This document shows, in pieces, positions 7,570 through 16,366 of a stretch of 64,000 nt of DNA. The notes below the pieces were generated by a model. That model worked only from the letters and a program-made list of their open reading frames with translations. It ran no database searches and was not told the origin of the DNA. The position numbers were made by a program, and so were the translations under genes. Source of the DNA: a virus; IMG/VR virus record IMGVR_UViG_3300006737_000017, positions 64,001 to 128,000 of that record; one strand, 5' to 3'. Each line of letters starts with the position of its first letter. Within the stretch, counting starts at the first letter, position 1.

Positions 7570-7932
7570 ATGCAAAAGCATAATAGAAAATTTCGTAGAG
7601 GAGGTCCTGGTAATCAACTTCCAATTAAACACAATCAAAAGAAACCATTCGAGCCAGGTAGATATGGTAAAAATTGGGGATCAATTAAAGTGGAACTAGC
7701 TAAGGGCAATAAAGCAATTAACCCTATAGCTCCTGCAACTCAACCTATTATAGGTACACTATGTATAGGAAATATGCAAGTAGACATTACTTTCTCTGAA
7801 GCTAATAGAATTATTGAAGAGCTTCACGATGCAAAGAATAGATACAACGTTGCAAATAGATTAGGTATGTTAGATGCTAAGTCTGGTACACCTGATTCAA
7901 TTAGATTAACCCAAAGCTCTAGAAGCTATTAA
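7570..7932 (+). CDS. hypothetical protein
   Basis: 120-aa ORF with a basic N-terminus. Confidence 0.65.
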   Translation: MQKHNRKFRRGGPGNQLPIKHNQKKPFEPGRYGKNWGSIKVELAKGNKAINPIAPATQPIIGTLCIGNMQVDITFSEANRIIEELHDAKNRYNVANRLGMLDAKSGTPDSIRLTQSSRSY

Positions 7933-7950
7933 AAGAAAGGAGTTACAAAA

Positions 7951-8190
7951 ATGACAGTAGAATTATTAACATTTGCATTAGGTTTATTATTAGGTGGTAT
8001 ATTAATGTTCATCTATCTTTGGAGACAAGGTAAAGGTTTGAAAGAATTATTAGCTGATAAAATGATTGCTAATAAATTATTGAAAGATCAAATTACTGGT
8101 AGCGGTAGACCTAATAAATCTTGGAACAATAAGTCTAAGAAAAGATATTACAATGGCAAAAAGAAAAAAACAACAAGTACAAACTCTTAA
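7951..8190 (+). CDS. membrane-anchored basic protein
   Basis: N-terminal TM helix, Lys-rich tail, AAGGAG upstream. Confidence 0.65.
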   Translation: MTVELLTFALGLLLGGILMFIYLWRQGKGLKELLADKMIANKLLKDQITGSGRPNKSWNNKSKKRYYNGKKKKTTSTNS

Positions 8191-8494
8191 TACTGATATT
8201 CAGAAAACTGTTTTAGATATATTAAATTCTGTTGACAATGTAGATCCTAAAGATATTTCTAAAGTAACTGTTGAAAAGTTTGATAAGATACTTTCCTTAA
8301 TTTCAGCAAACATTAAAATGTCCGCTGGTAATAGAAACTTTGATCAGAATGAATTTAGAATAGATAAGTCTACAGTTTTTAATTATAAGATGAAATATTC
8401 AACAACTGGAAATATTAGTAAAGAGGATATACAATCGTTAAATTTGTTTTATCAGAAACATAAAAATTTAACAAAAATCTTACTTGCTATTTGA
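8153..8494 (+). CDS. hypothetical protein
   Basis: 113-aa ORF. Confidence 0.6.
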   Translation: MAKRKKQQVQTLNTDIQKTVLDILNSVDNVDPKDISKVTVEKFDKILSLISANIKMSAGNRNFDQNEFRIDKSTVFNYKMKYSTTGNISKEDIQSLNLFYQKHKNLTKILLAI

Positions 8495-8502
8495 TATTTA
8501 TA
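8493..8502 (+). promoter_or_regulatory. candidate late promoter GATATTTATA upstream of the tmRNA
   Basis: The same decamer recurs in front of many structural genes. Confidence 0.55.
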
Positions 8503-8504
8503 AT

Positions 8505-8724
8505 TGAATCGCTATTACTTATATTAGCTGCATTTATGGACCCGGGTTCGATTCCCGGCATCTCCACTAAAAGATTTACACGATATGGGGATGACTGGCT
8601 TTGACAGAATGATAAGGGTATAAGGAAGATTCACTGCAACAACTGGCACACAAGTTGAAATGGCGATGGCTGCCTAATTAGGCCCCCTGACCCAACGGTT
8701 GAAGAAGCATACCGTCTAAGCTTC
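8505..8724 (+). ncRNA. ssrA: circularly permuted two-piece tmRNA
   Basis: The 3' tRNA-like half comes first (GGAC-CCGGG-TTCGATT-CCCGG-CATCTCC-A, 8538-8566), then a 20-nt spacer, then the 5' half GGGGATG-ACTGGCTTTGAC (8587-8605). The acceptor stem has G3.U70. Tag frame GTQVEMAMAA* at 8645-8677. Confidence 0.9.
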
Positions 8725-8761
8725 GGAGGTAAGAGGATAATTAAATAAAAGGAGTAACAAT

Positions 8762-9145
8762 ATGACACCAGAAGAATACGGCAAAGTAGAAGAATTCATG
8801 GAAGGTTATATGTTAGATTTAACTTACGATATAGTAACTAAGAAGATTGCTTTATCTGAATTAGTTAATACTGACGAAGAAGTTATATTGAGTTACGACC
8901 CATTTGCAATAGGAGAAATAGATCAGGCTTGGTTATTACAAGACTTAATAGACTATTTTGTTACCACAGAAGAATATGAAAAATGTGCAAAACTATTGAA
9001 GATGAAAATACAAGTCGAAAAAGGTACGCTAGATTTATCTGATAGGATATATTTAACAGATGAAGATTTCTTGAATGAAGAACAAGATATGATTATTCAA
9101 TCCTTAATCGATGAATTATTAAAAAATAATTTTAACAAAAATTAG
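8762..9145 (+). CDS. acidic protein with UVR-like motif
   Basis: LIDYFVTTEEYEKCAKLLKMK, the same motif as in 7104-7364; AAGGAG upstream. Confidence 0.65.
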   Translation: MTPEEYGKVEEFMEGYMLDLTYDIVTKKIALSELVNTDEEVILSYDPFAIGEIDQAWLLQDLIDYFVTTEEYEKCAKLLKMKIQVEKGTLDLSDRIYLTDEDFLNEEQDMIIQSLIDELLKNNFNKN

Positions 9146-9155
9146 GAGTTATATT

Positions 9156-9332
9156 ATGAATCAACTACTGAAAGAAAAAATTGAAACAAAGCTTGAAAGA
9201 GTAATTGCAATGGCAAAGAAACAAGATGATGTTATTCTAAAAAGAGGCGACGTTATCAATGATGTAAGAAGTACTTTACGTACAATTGAAAAAGAAATAG
9301 AAGAAGTAAAAAGTCTAATACAAATAGTATAA
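9156..9332 (+). CDS. 58-aa coiled-coil hypothetical protein
   Basis: Below cutoff. MNQLLKEKIETKLERVIAMAKK...EVKSLIQIV*, with AGGAG upstream and a TAATG overlap with the next gene. Confidence 0.65.
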   Translation: MNQLLKEKIETKLERVIAMAKKQDDVILKRGDVINDVRSTLRTIEKEIEEVKSLIQIV

Positions 9333-10411
9333 TGAAGAAAAGACTCTTTCCTTTCTTAATAGGTTTATCAGCTCTATCAGTTTCTGGTAGTGCTGCATTC
9401 TATTCTGTGTTTGGATTGAGTAAACTATTTGCTGGAGCAAGTTTACAAGTTATAATAATGGCGGGTTCATTAGAATTTGCCAAACTAGTTACAGCATCAT
9501 TACTATATCAATATTGGGATACTATAAACAAATGGATGAGATTTTATTTATCTATTGCCGTATTCGTTCTTATGGTAATTACATCTGGTGGTATATACGG
9601 CTTCTTATCTGGAGCTTATCAAGAAACTGCAACAAAGTCGGAATTCTTAGACAAGTCCCTATTAGTATTACAAACAAAGCAAAGTCGATTCGAAGAACAA
9701 AAGGTAGATTTAGTTTTAGAAAAAGATCAATTGAATAAAACTATATCTGACTTAAGAACCTCATTATCTAATCCAGCATCAGTATCTTATTACTCTGAAG
9801 AAGCTGGACAAGTTATTACGACAACGTCTAGTTCTACAAGAAGAGCATTACAATCAGAACTAGCAACTACTATAGAAGATAGGAATGCTATAAACTTGAA
9901 AGTAGAAGCTGTGCAAGATTCTATAATGAGATTAGACACAGAACTATTAGAATTAGAAATAGGCAATGAAGAACAAAGAGAATTGGGGCCACTAAAATAT
10001 CTATCTGAACAAACTGGTAAAGATATGGGGCAAGTGGTTAATTGGTTCTTGTTACTAATTATATTTGTATTTGATCCATTAGCAATTGCATTAGTAATAG
10101 CTGCTAACTTTGCTTTTGCTCAAATTAAATCTAATAAAGTTACTAGTGAAGTAATAGAGGTTGAACCAACAATGTTTACAGGTGAAGTCACATGCTCAGT
10201 ACCACCTGGTCTAGAATATGACACGCCTTATACTCTAGATGAAATAAAAGAAAAATGGCAAGATGAACCAACTTTATACAAAGTCTATGGTGAAGATATA
10301 TTAGAAGACTTTGCAAAACTAAAAGCACAGTATAGAAAACAAGCAACTATACCCAATGCTGAATTTGAAAAACTAATTAATAAATACTATAAACATGGCA
10401 AAAAGAAATAA
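9332..10411 (+). CDS. multi-pass membrane protein with coiled coil
   Basis: Three N-terminal hydrophobic helices, a long coiled coil and a C-terminal TM segment (LIIFVFDPLAIALVIAAN). Confidence 0.75.
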   Translation: MKKRLFPFLIGLSALSVSGSAAFYSVFGLSKLFAGASLQVIIMAGSLEFAKLVTASLLYQYWDTINKWMRFYLSIAVFVLMVITSGGIYGFLSGAYQETATKSEFLDKSLLVLQTKQSRFEEQKVDLVLEKDQLNKTISDLRTSLSNPASVSYYSEEAGQVITTTSSSTRRALQSELATTIEDRNAINLKVEAVQDSIMRLDTELLELEIGNEEQRELGPLKYLSEQTGKDMGQVVNWFLLLIIFVFDPLAIALVIAANFAFAQIKSNKVTSEVIEVEPTMFTGEVTCSVPPGLEYDTPYTLDEIKEKWQDEPTLYKVYGEDILEDFAKLKAQYRKQATIPNAEFEKLINKYYKHGKKK

Positions 10412-10934
10412 AAAAATAAAGGTTGTAAATAGAGAACAAGAATATATTGTTGAATATAGAAAGGGTACAAAATGGAACGAAAGACCTGATTGCACCTACA
10501 GATATATGTCTTGTAAATTATGCGGTCACATGACAGTAGTAGGAGAAGACGCTACAGCAGTTACTTGTCACCATTGTGTTAATGAAATGGTAGAAGGCCC
10601 ACAATTTTCAGCAAGAAGAATAAGCTCTGGTCGCCCAGCTGGTTGGCATTTTATGGCTGAGTACGTTGATAAAGATGGTAACGTATTTCACAAAGGTAAA
10701 GAGCAACCTAAATTAAAAGGTACAATAGAAGCTACTGTCATTGTAAAAAAACAAAAAATTTCAAAGACAGAAAAGAATACTATGATCAGAGAAGCTAACA
10801 CTAGAATTCACAAATTAAAGAAAGACCTTAAGAATGCAAAGCTCAAGAAAGAAATCAAAAGTCTTACAAGAGAAATAACTAGATTATCTAAAATTGCAAG
10901 AGGTAAAATACCAAGGTCAAAAAGATTTAAGTAA
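10395..10934 (+). CDS. basic zinc-finger hypothetical protein
   Basis: CKLC...CHHC and a Lys-rich C-terminus. Confidence 0.65.
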   Translation: MAKRNKKIKVVNREQEYIVEYRKGTKWNERPDCTYRYMSCKLCGHMTVVGEDATAVTCHHCVNEMVEGPQFSARRISSGRPAGWHFMAEYVDKDGNVFHKGKEQPKLKGTIEATVIVKKQKISKTEKNTMIREANTRIHKLKKDLKNAKLKKEIKSLTREITRLSKIARGKIPRSKRFK

Positions 10935-10938
10935 ATTA

Positions 10939-10968
10939 TTTGGATAAGTCGAAAAAATTTATTATATT
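10939..10968 (+). promoter_or_regulatory. early-type promoter motif, copy 7
   Basis: TTTGGATAAGTC-N11-TTATATT. Confidence 0.75.
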
Positions 10969-11006
10969 GTATACTAATAGAAAACAAAACTTATTAGGAG
11001 ATTACA

Positions 11007-11228
11007 ATGGCAACGCACGACAAACTTATTTACTATAGAAGCGAATTTAGTAGAGAAGCAAAAAAGATAGAAATGGAAATTCCTCCGAATTTAACAATAG
11101 CAGAGTTTAAGATTGTATGTAGAAGATTAGCTTCTTCTTTGGGTTATGCACCTGAATCAGTAGCTAATGAATTTGGAAGAGATAAAGAAGTTGGAAATAA
11201 AAAACAATTAAAATTATTATTTGACTAA
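11007..11228 (+). CDS. hypothetical protein
   Basis: 73-aa ORF with AGGAG upstream. Confidence 0.65.
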   Translation: MATHDKLIYYRSEFSREAKKIEMEIPPNLTIAEFKIVCRRLASSLGYAPESVANEFGRDKEVGNKKQLKLLFD

Positions 11229-11230
11229 AT

Positions 11231-11815
11231 ATGAAAAATTCAATTAAATTTTTTCTATGGATAGCTGTTATATTTTTATCGAGTATATTCGTTATTATTA
11301 CAATGGTATCTTATGAAAAGCAAATAGAAGATTTGCAAAATGAAAACGGCTCTTTAGATTATGCATTAAAATTTCAAAAAGAACAGTGTCAATATCACGT
11401 TCAAGAATTAATGCTTAAAATAGATTCTTTAGAAAAAGAGCTTATTTTTTATGAACCAAAAACTATTGGTGAAACTATAGATGAAATCTTAAATGCCATA
11501 ATTAGAGTAGAGTCTAGCAACAACGATTCAGCATACAATGTAAAAGAAGATGCAGTTGGATGTTTACAAATTAGACAAACTATGGTAGACGACGTTAACC
11601 GAATCTTAAGAAGAAATGGTTATGATAAAAGATATTCATACAATGATAGATGGGATAGAAAAAAATCTATAGAGATGTTTGATATCTTTTGTAATTACTA
11701 TGGTTTAACTACTGCAGAAGAAATGGCAAGGTGCTGGAACGGTGGACCAAGAGGAATTGATAATCCAGCAACATTAGGTTACTGGGATAAAGTACAAATG
11801 GAGATGAACTCATGA
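11231..11815 (+). CDS. membrane-anchored lysozyme-like protein (i-type/destabilase-like)
   Basis: N-terminal TM and coiled coil, then IIRVESS (catalytic Glu), GCLQI, ARCWNGGPRG and TLGYWDKV. Confidence 0.75.
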   Translation: MKNSIKFFLWIAVIFLSSIFVIITMVSYEKQIEDLQNENGSLDYALKFQKEQCQYHVQELMLKIDSLEKELIFYEPKTIGETIDEILNAIIRVESSNNDSAYNVKEDAVGCLQIRQTMVDDVNRILRRNGYDKRYSYNDRWDRKKSIEMFDIFCNYYGLTTAEEMARCWNGGPRGIDNPATLGYWDKVQMEMNS

Positions 11816-12558
11816 ATTTAGATGAAAGTAAAATATTAGAAAATTGGAATGATTTATTAAAAGTCATTAATGATAATTTTGATGGTGAAAGAAAAAAGAA
11901 TCTTAAAGCAATGTACAATAAGTTAGCTGAAAGAATGATGTTAGCTCCTGCTTCTGGTATTATACACTATCACAATTGTTTTGCTGGTGGATACGTTGAT
12001 CATGTTCTAAGAGTTATAGAGTGTGCAAAAAGACTGTCTAATCAATGGGATGAAATGGGAGCAGACAAAAATTATACAGACGAAGAATTAATTTTTTCTG
12101 CATTGAACCACGACTTAGGTAAAGTTGGAGATATGGAAAAAGACTATTATATTCCTAACCCAAGTGAATGGCATAGAAAGAATCAAGGCAAGCTTTACAA
12201 ATTTAACCCTGACTTAGATTACATGTCAGTACCAGATAGATCTTTATTTTTATTAGCACAGAATGGAATTTCATACACATACAATGAAGCAATGGGTATT
12301 AGATTGCACGATGGTTTATATGACGATTCTAATGTTCAATATCTAAAAACTTTTAATACAGACAAAGAAATTAAAAGTAATCTACCTACAATACTTCACC
12401 ATGCAGATCATATGGCTTCTAGGATTGAACATGATAATTATGTAAAGTCTGCTGGTAATAATCTTAAGCCTCAACCAAAGAGAAGAAAAGCTTCTCCTAA
12501 ACTAAATGGTGCATCAGATTCAGCAAACGACTTATTCAAAGATTTTTTTAAGGAGTAA
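11812..12558 (+). CDS. HD-domain phosphohydrolase
   Basis: HNCFAGGYVDHV, ALNHDLGK, RLHDG and ILHHAD motifs (YhaM-like HD domain). Confidence 0.85.
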   Translation: MNLDESKILENWNDLLKVINDNFDGERKKNLKAMYNKLAERMMLAPASGIIHYHNCFAGGYVDHVLRVIECAKRLSNQWDEMGADKNYTDEELIFSALNHDLGKVGDMEKDYYIPNPSEWHRKNQGKLYKFNPDLDYMSVPDRSLFLLAQNGISYTYNEAMGIRLHDGLYDDSNVQYLKTFNTDKEIKSNLPTILHHADHMASRIEHDNYVKSAGNNLKPQPKRRKASPKLNGASDSANDLFKDFFKE

Positions 12559-12561
12559 TAA

Positions 12562-12828
12562 ATGATATTAGAAATTATATTAATTAGTTTATTAATGTTG
12601 TCTATCTTTATAATTTATAGACAAGACCAAACTATAAAAAAGCAAATAGACTATATAGATTCTATAGAGACAAAGTTAATTAATAACTTTGAAATTATTA
12701 AAAGTTCTTTTATACGTATGAAAGAAATAGATCAAAAGGGCGGCTTTGAAAGTGACGACGAAGTAGGCCAAGTATTTACTAACATTAAAGAAGTCATAGA
12801 AGATTTAGAGAAAGAAGTAAATGGATAA
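12562..12828 (+). CDS. membrane-anchored hypothetical protein
   Basis: N-terminal TM helix, FESDDEVG motif, AGGAG upstream. Confidence 0.65.
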   Translation: MILEIILISLLMLSIFIIYRQDQTIKKQIDYIDSIETKLINNFEIIKSSFIRMKEIDQKGGFESDDEVGQVFTNIKEVIEDLEKEVNG

Positions 12829-13567
12829 TTTAAGCCCAGTAGATTTATTCTACAAAGAACTAGAAAAACCTAAAGAAGTTAAATTAACTAGAAGAGGTAG
12901 ACCTAGAAAAACTAAGATGTATTTTACACAAGTAACAGAAGATGCTATTATAGCATACAACCAAGAGTCTGATGTAAGAAAAAGAAACAAGGTTTGGAAT
13001 GATCATATTAATGGTGCAATATTCAAATTAGCAGAAAACATAATTAACAGGTTTAAGTTTATGTACATGGATGGTGGTATTGTAGAAGTTAAATCTGAAG
13101 TTGTTTCTTTCCTATTAACAAAGCTGCCTAAATATACTTCTGATAAAGGTAAAGCTTTTTCTTACTTTTCAATAGTAGCAAAAAATTATTTAATACAAAA
13201 TAACAATAAAAATTATAAAAGATTGATAAATAAAGCTGGTGTTAATCATATAGATTGGCAAAGAAATATAGGTAATGAAATGCATTTGTCTAAAACGCAT
13301 GATGGTATATTAGACTTTATGACTCAATTTATAGAATGGTATGAAGAAAAAATAGATCAAAAGTTTAGATTAGATAGGGACAAAGCTATTGCTTATGCAG
13401 TAATGGAATTATTTAAGAAAAGAGACAACATAGAAACTTATAATAAAAAAGCTCTTTATATTCTCATAAGAGAGATGACTGGAGCTAAAACACAGTATAT
13501 AACCAAAGTAGTAAAGCAGATAAAAAAAGAGTATGAAACTCTCTACTTAAAATACCAAACCAGATAG
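12821..13567 (+). CDS. phage sigma factor, T4 gp55-like
   Basis: KLAENIINRFKF...LPKY...KGKAFSYFSIVAKNYL resembles sigma region 2 of gp55. Confidence 0.7.
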   Translation: MDNLSPVDLFYKELEKPKEVKLTRRGRPRKTKMYFTQVTEDAIIAYNQESDVRKRNKVWNDHINGAIFKLAENIINRFKFMYMDGGIVEVKSEVVSFLLTKLPKYTSDKGKAFSYFSIVAKNYLIQNNNKNYKRLINKAGVNHIDWQRNIGNEMHLSKTHDGILDFMTQFIEWYEEKIDQKFRLDRDKAIAYAVMELFKKRDNIETYNKKALYILIREMTGAKTQYITKVVKQIKKEYETLYLKYQTR

Positions 13568-13670
13568 TTATAATAAAGAAAAAGGTTATATAAAAGGTTT
13601 CTAAAAAAGGTTATGGTATTGAACTCCGAAAGCATGTTAATTTTATTAAGAAAATAACAAGGAGAATTAT

Positions 13671-14078
13671 ATGAAAAATTTGATTTTAACAATGATGCTA
13701 GTATGCGGCATGTTCGCAGCAAATGCACAAACAAGTGGTGACTGGTACGTAGGTACTGGAGATGTAGCAAATACAGCATGGACTGATTGGTCTGTGTCAC
13801 CTACAATTGGATATGGTGTTATGGACAACCTAATGGTTGGTTGCTCAGTATCTCAAGCAGATTCAACTGTTGATATGGATATTGATTTTCACGCAAGATA
13901 TTTTGTAAAAGGATATTTTGCTTATTTAGCAACAGACGGGCTATCTACGGATGGTATGTCTATTGGGGCAGGTAAGATGTTTACCTTACGTAATAATATT
14001 TACGTTGACCCTAAAGTGGTTTACAACACAGGAGAAAAAACTACAAACCTTACATTAGGGTTTGGGTTTAGATTCTAA
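13671..14078 (+). CDS. outer-membrane beta-barrel protein
   Basis: Sec signal ending ANA-Q, alternating amphipathic strands, C-terminal LGFGFRF BAM signal. Confidence 0.8.
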   Translation: MKNLILTMMLVCGMFAANAQTSGDWYVGTGDVANTAWTDWSVSPTIGYGVMDNLMVGCSVSQADSTVDMDIDFHARYFVKGYFAYLATDGLSTDGMSIGAGKMFTLRNNIYVDPKVVYNTGEKTTNLTLGFGFRF

Positions 14079-14153
14079 TTAACCCATAATGGGTCAACAT
14101 GCTTTCGATGCAATTTTGCAACAGAATACTTATTAAAACAATAGGAGAAAACA

Positions 14154-14378
14154 ATGGATTCAGTAATTAAATACGTAAATGGTTTCTTTGGTGGTTTAGG
14201 TACTATTATGTTAGCTATCTTACCAGTAACGATTCTATGGCAAGTACTTACGGGTACTACTGTATTTGGAATGGATGTAATTGCAAATTTATCAGCTCTT
14301 GTAACTTCACTAGGTAATGGTGGTTTTGTAGGATTGGTAGTATTAGTAATTGTTGCTTCATTCTTTATGAAGAAATAG
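14154..14378 (+). CDS. small inner-membrane protein
   Basis: 74 aa, almost entirely hydrophobic; AGGAG upstream. Confidence 0.7.
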   Translation: MDSVIKYVNGFFGGLGTIMLAILPVTILWQVLTGTTVFGMDVIANLSALVTSLGNGGFVGLVVLVIVASFFMKK

Positions 14379-14390
14379 TTATATAAATAA

Positions 14391-14421
14391 AAAGGGCCCT
14401 CGTTAATTCGGGGGCTTTTTT
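14391..14421 (+). terminator. intrinsic terminator
   Basis: GGGCCCTCG-TTAATT-CGGGGGCTT stem-loop followed by a T run. Confidence 0.85.
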
Positions 14422-14431
14422 GTGTGTTTAA

Positions 14432-14441
14432 GATATTTATA
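14432..14441 (+). promoter_or_regulatory. candidate late promoter GATATTTATA
   Basis: Directly after the terminator and in front of the baseplate module. Confidence 0.6.
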
Positions 14442-14457
14442 ATAAAGGGAATGATAT

Positions 14458-14796
14458 ATGGATAAAGAAATATTTAAGGGAAAAACGTTTTCTGATTTGT
14501 GTGAGGATATATATACAAATTCTGTAAAGAAAGAAAAACAAATTTCAGCTTTGATAAAAGATTTACAACCAATGATCAAGTCAATTGGGGATGCAACTGT
14601 TATTGTACCGATAATAAAAGAATATTTAGAAGTTGGTGTAAAGAACGATGAGCATTTAATAAAGATGGCAGCTATAGTACAAAGGGCTCAATCTAGAGGC
14701 GATTCAACTGAGTCTGGTGGAATGCTTTTAACTGAAGAAGAAAAACGCCATCTATTAGAAACTGTTGAAGAACTAAACTCGGAAGATAAAAAATAA
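14458..14796 (+). CDS. hypothetical protein
   Basis: 112-aa helical ORF heading the structural module. Confidence 0.7.
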   Translation: MDKEIFKGKTFSDLCEDIYTNSVKKEKQISALIKDLQPMIKSIGDATVIVPIIKEYLEVGVKNDEHLIKMAAIVQRAQSRGDSTESGGMLLTEEEKRHLLETVEELNSEDKK

Positions 14797-15830
14797 TGCA
14801 AGACGAAATAATACAATCATCATTTTCTTCAGCAGATGGAAACAAAAATGAAGGAAATAAAATACCTCTTTATATGGGAAGAGTTATTAATGTTCTATTA
14901 AACCCTGAAACAAAAGAGTCGGTTGGTAGAGTAGAATTAAGAGTAGCAGAAAGAGAAGATGAAGAGGACAATCAGTTTGAAGAAGTATTTGCATTTCCAA
15001 TAAATTTGTATAACTATACAATGCCGCTTATTAACGAGTCTGTATTGGTTCATAGAACTGAAGCTGGTAGATACTTTTACTTTTCAATACCTCCTCACAA
15101 TTTTTATGATCAAATAACAATTGATAATGAGGATGACACTGAGCTAGAAGGTGAGGAAGAAGATGTAAAAATAAACTTGCAATCTTTTGATTTAATATCT
15201 GCAAATGATGAATCAGATAAAGAAATATATGGAGAGACCTTTACAGAAGAAGTTAAAACTGCTACTGATGCTATATTAAGTAGAAACGTTCATGAAGGTG
15301 ATACACTAATACAAGGTAGATTTGGAAACTCTATAAAGCTTACTTCAAAGAATGAACTAAATGAAACTCCTTGGAGTATAGATGGAGAGGACGGTCAACC
15401 TGTAATAGCAATTAGAAATGGTTTAGAAAGATACGAAGATCCTACAACAGATAATTCATTTATATACCTATTATCAGATCAATCTTTTGATTTTGGCGAT
15501 ATAGCTTTCTCTCCTGAGAGTGGAAATCTTGGTGATACTATGGATGCTTATGTTGGAGGCCAAGTTATAATCGGAGCAGATAGATTAACATTGATGTCTA
15601 AAGCAGACGATATTTCTATATCATCTGCAGGATTAGTTAGTATAGCAACTGCAAAGTGGGCAGTAGATGTAGACGTCTTAATGGATCAAGTTAAAGCATT
15701 AGCAGAACAAGTTGAGGCTTTAACAGCTGGGTCAGCAACATTCACAACTGGAGTTGGTCCAACTGGTCCTGCTACTAATGCTGGTGACTGTGCAGCCATC
15801 ACTGTTGAAATATCTGGGATGGAGCAATAA
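14796..15830 (+). CDS. putative baseplate hub/spike protein (gp5-like, no lysozyme domain seen)
   Basis: OB-fold-like N-terminus (GRVINV...MPLINESVLV), EGDTLIQGRFGNSIKL, C-terminal TGVGPTGP; located before gp25/gp6. Confidence 0.55.
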   Translation: MQDEIIQSSFSSADGNKNEGNKIPLYMGRVINVLLNPETKESVGRVELRVAEREDEEDNQFEEVFAFPINLYNYTMPLINESVLVHRTEAGRYFYFSIPPHNFYDQITIDNEDDTELEGEEEDVKINLQSFDLISANDESDKEIYGETFTEEVKTATDAILSRNVHEGDTLIQGRFGNSIKLTSKNELNETPWSIDGEDGQPVIAIRNGLERYEDPTTDNSFIYLLSDQSFDFGDIAFSPESGNLGDTMDAYVGGQVIIGADRLTLMSKADDISISSAGLVSIATAKWAVDVDVLMDQVKALAEQVEALTAGSATFTTGVGPTGPATNAGDCAAITVEISGMEQ

Positions 15831-16366
15831 TGGCAATTAATTGGTCAGGTTTAGAATCGGATATTAAAGCTTGGTTCGAAGATGTAGGAGAAAAGACAGA
15901 AGATGATACTGCAAAATTTTTAGCAGACTCATATGGTCAAACTGTATCAACAGCTGCTGATCCAAATGGTAATCCTGTAATACCTCCTGGTAAAGAATCT
16001 GGAATAGAAAAAGCTTGGTCTTCTGCCTTTGCAGCACAGAAAGCAGTAGACAATAAATTAGGCCCTCCTGGGTGGGTATCTGTCGAAGGCGCTATACTTT
16101 TATTTTGGACTGCTTGTCCCTTTTCACCAGCACCCCCGCATCCTGGTACAGTAACGCCAATTTCAAATATTACAACTATGCCTGGATCTCCCGGTATAGC
16201 AGCAGCTATAGATAAAGCTTTTAATCAAGAAGATCCTGCTAAAGTTGCAAAGGAATTAGTTACTGGGTATAAAGCGCATGCTGCAACAATAGCTGGTTTG
16301 TACATAGGTCTTATACCACCTACAGCATCTACTCCATTAAACGTACCATGGGCAGGAATAAAATAA
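15830..16366 (+). CDS. putative baseplate-associated protein
   Basis: Pro/Ala-rich 178-aa ORF coupled to the spike gene. Confidence 0.55.
   Translation: MAINWSGLESDIKAWFEDVGEKTEDDTAKFLADSYGQTVSTAADPNGNPVIPPGKESGIEKAWSSAFAAQKAVDNKLGPPGWVSVEGAILLFWTACPFSPAPPHPGTVTPISNITTMPGSPGIAAAIDKAFNQEDPAKVAKELVTGYKAHAATIAGLYIGLIPPTASTPLNVPWAGIK

Noticed and set aside
8538-8569. Isolated tRNA 3' half as an attP site or tRNA-Ala pseudogene
   Set aside because: It pairs with the downstream GGGGATG piece through the acceptor stem and three helix-2 segments, a tag frame follows, and no integrase is in the window.
13578-13614. Three AAAGGTT direct repeats upstream of the OMP gene
   Set aside because: Short and low-complexity in an AT-rich genome, with no support for function.
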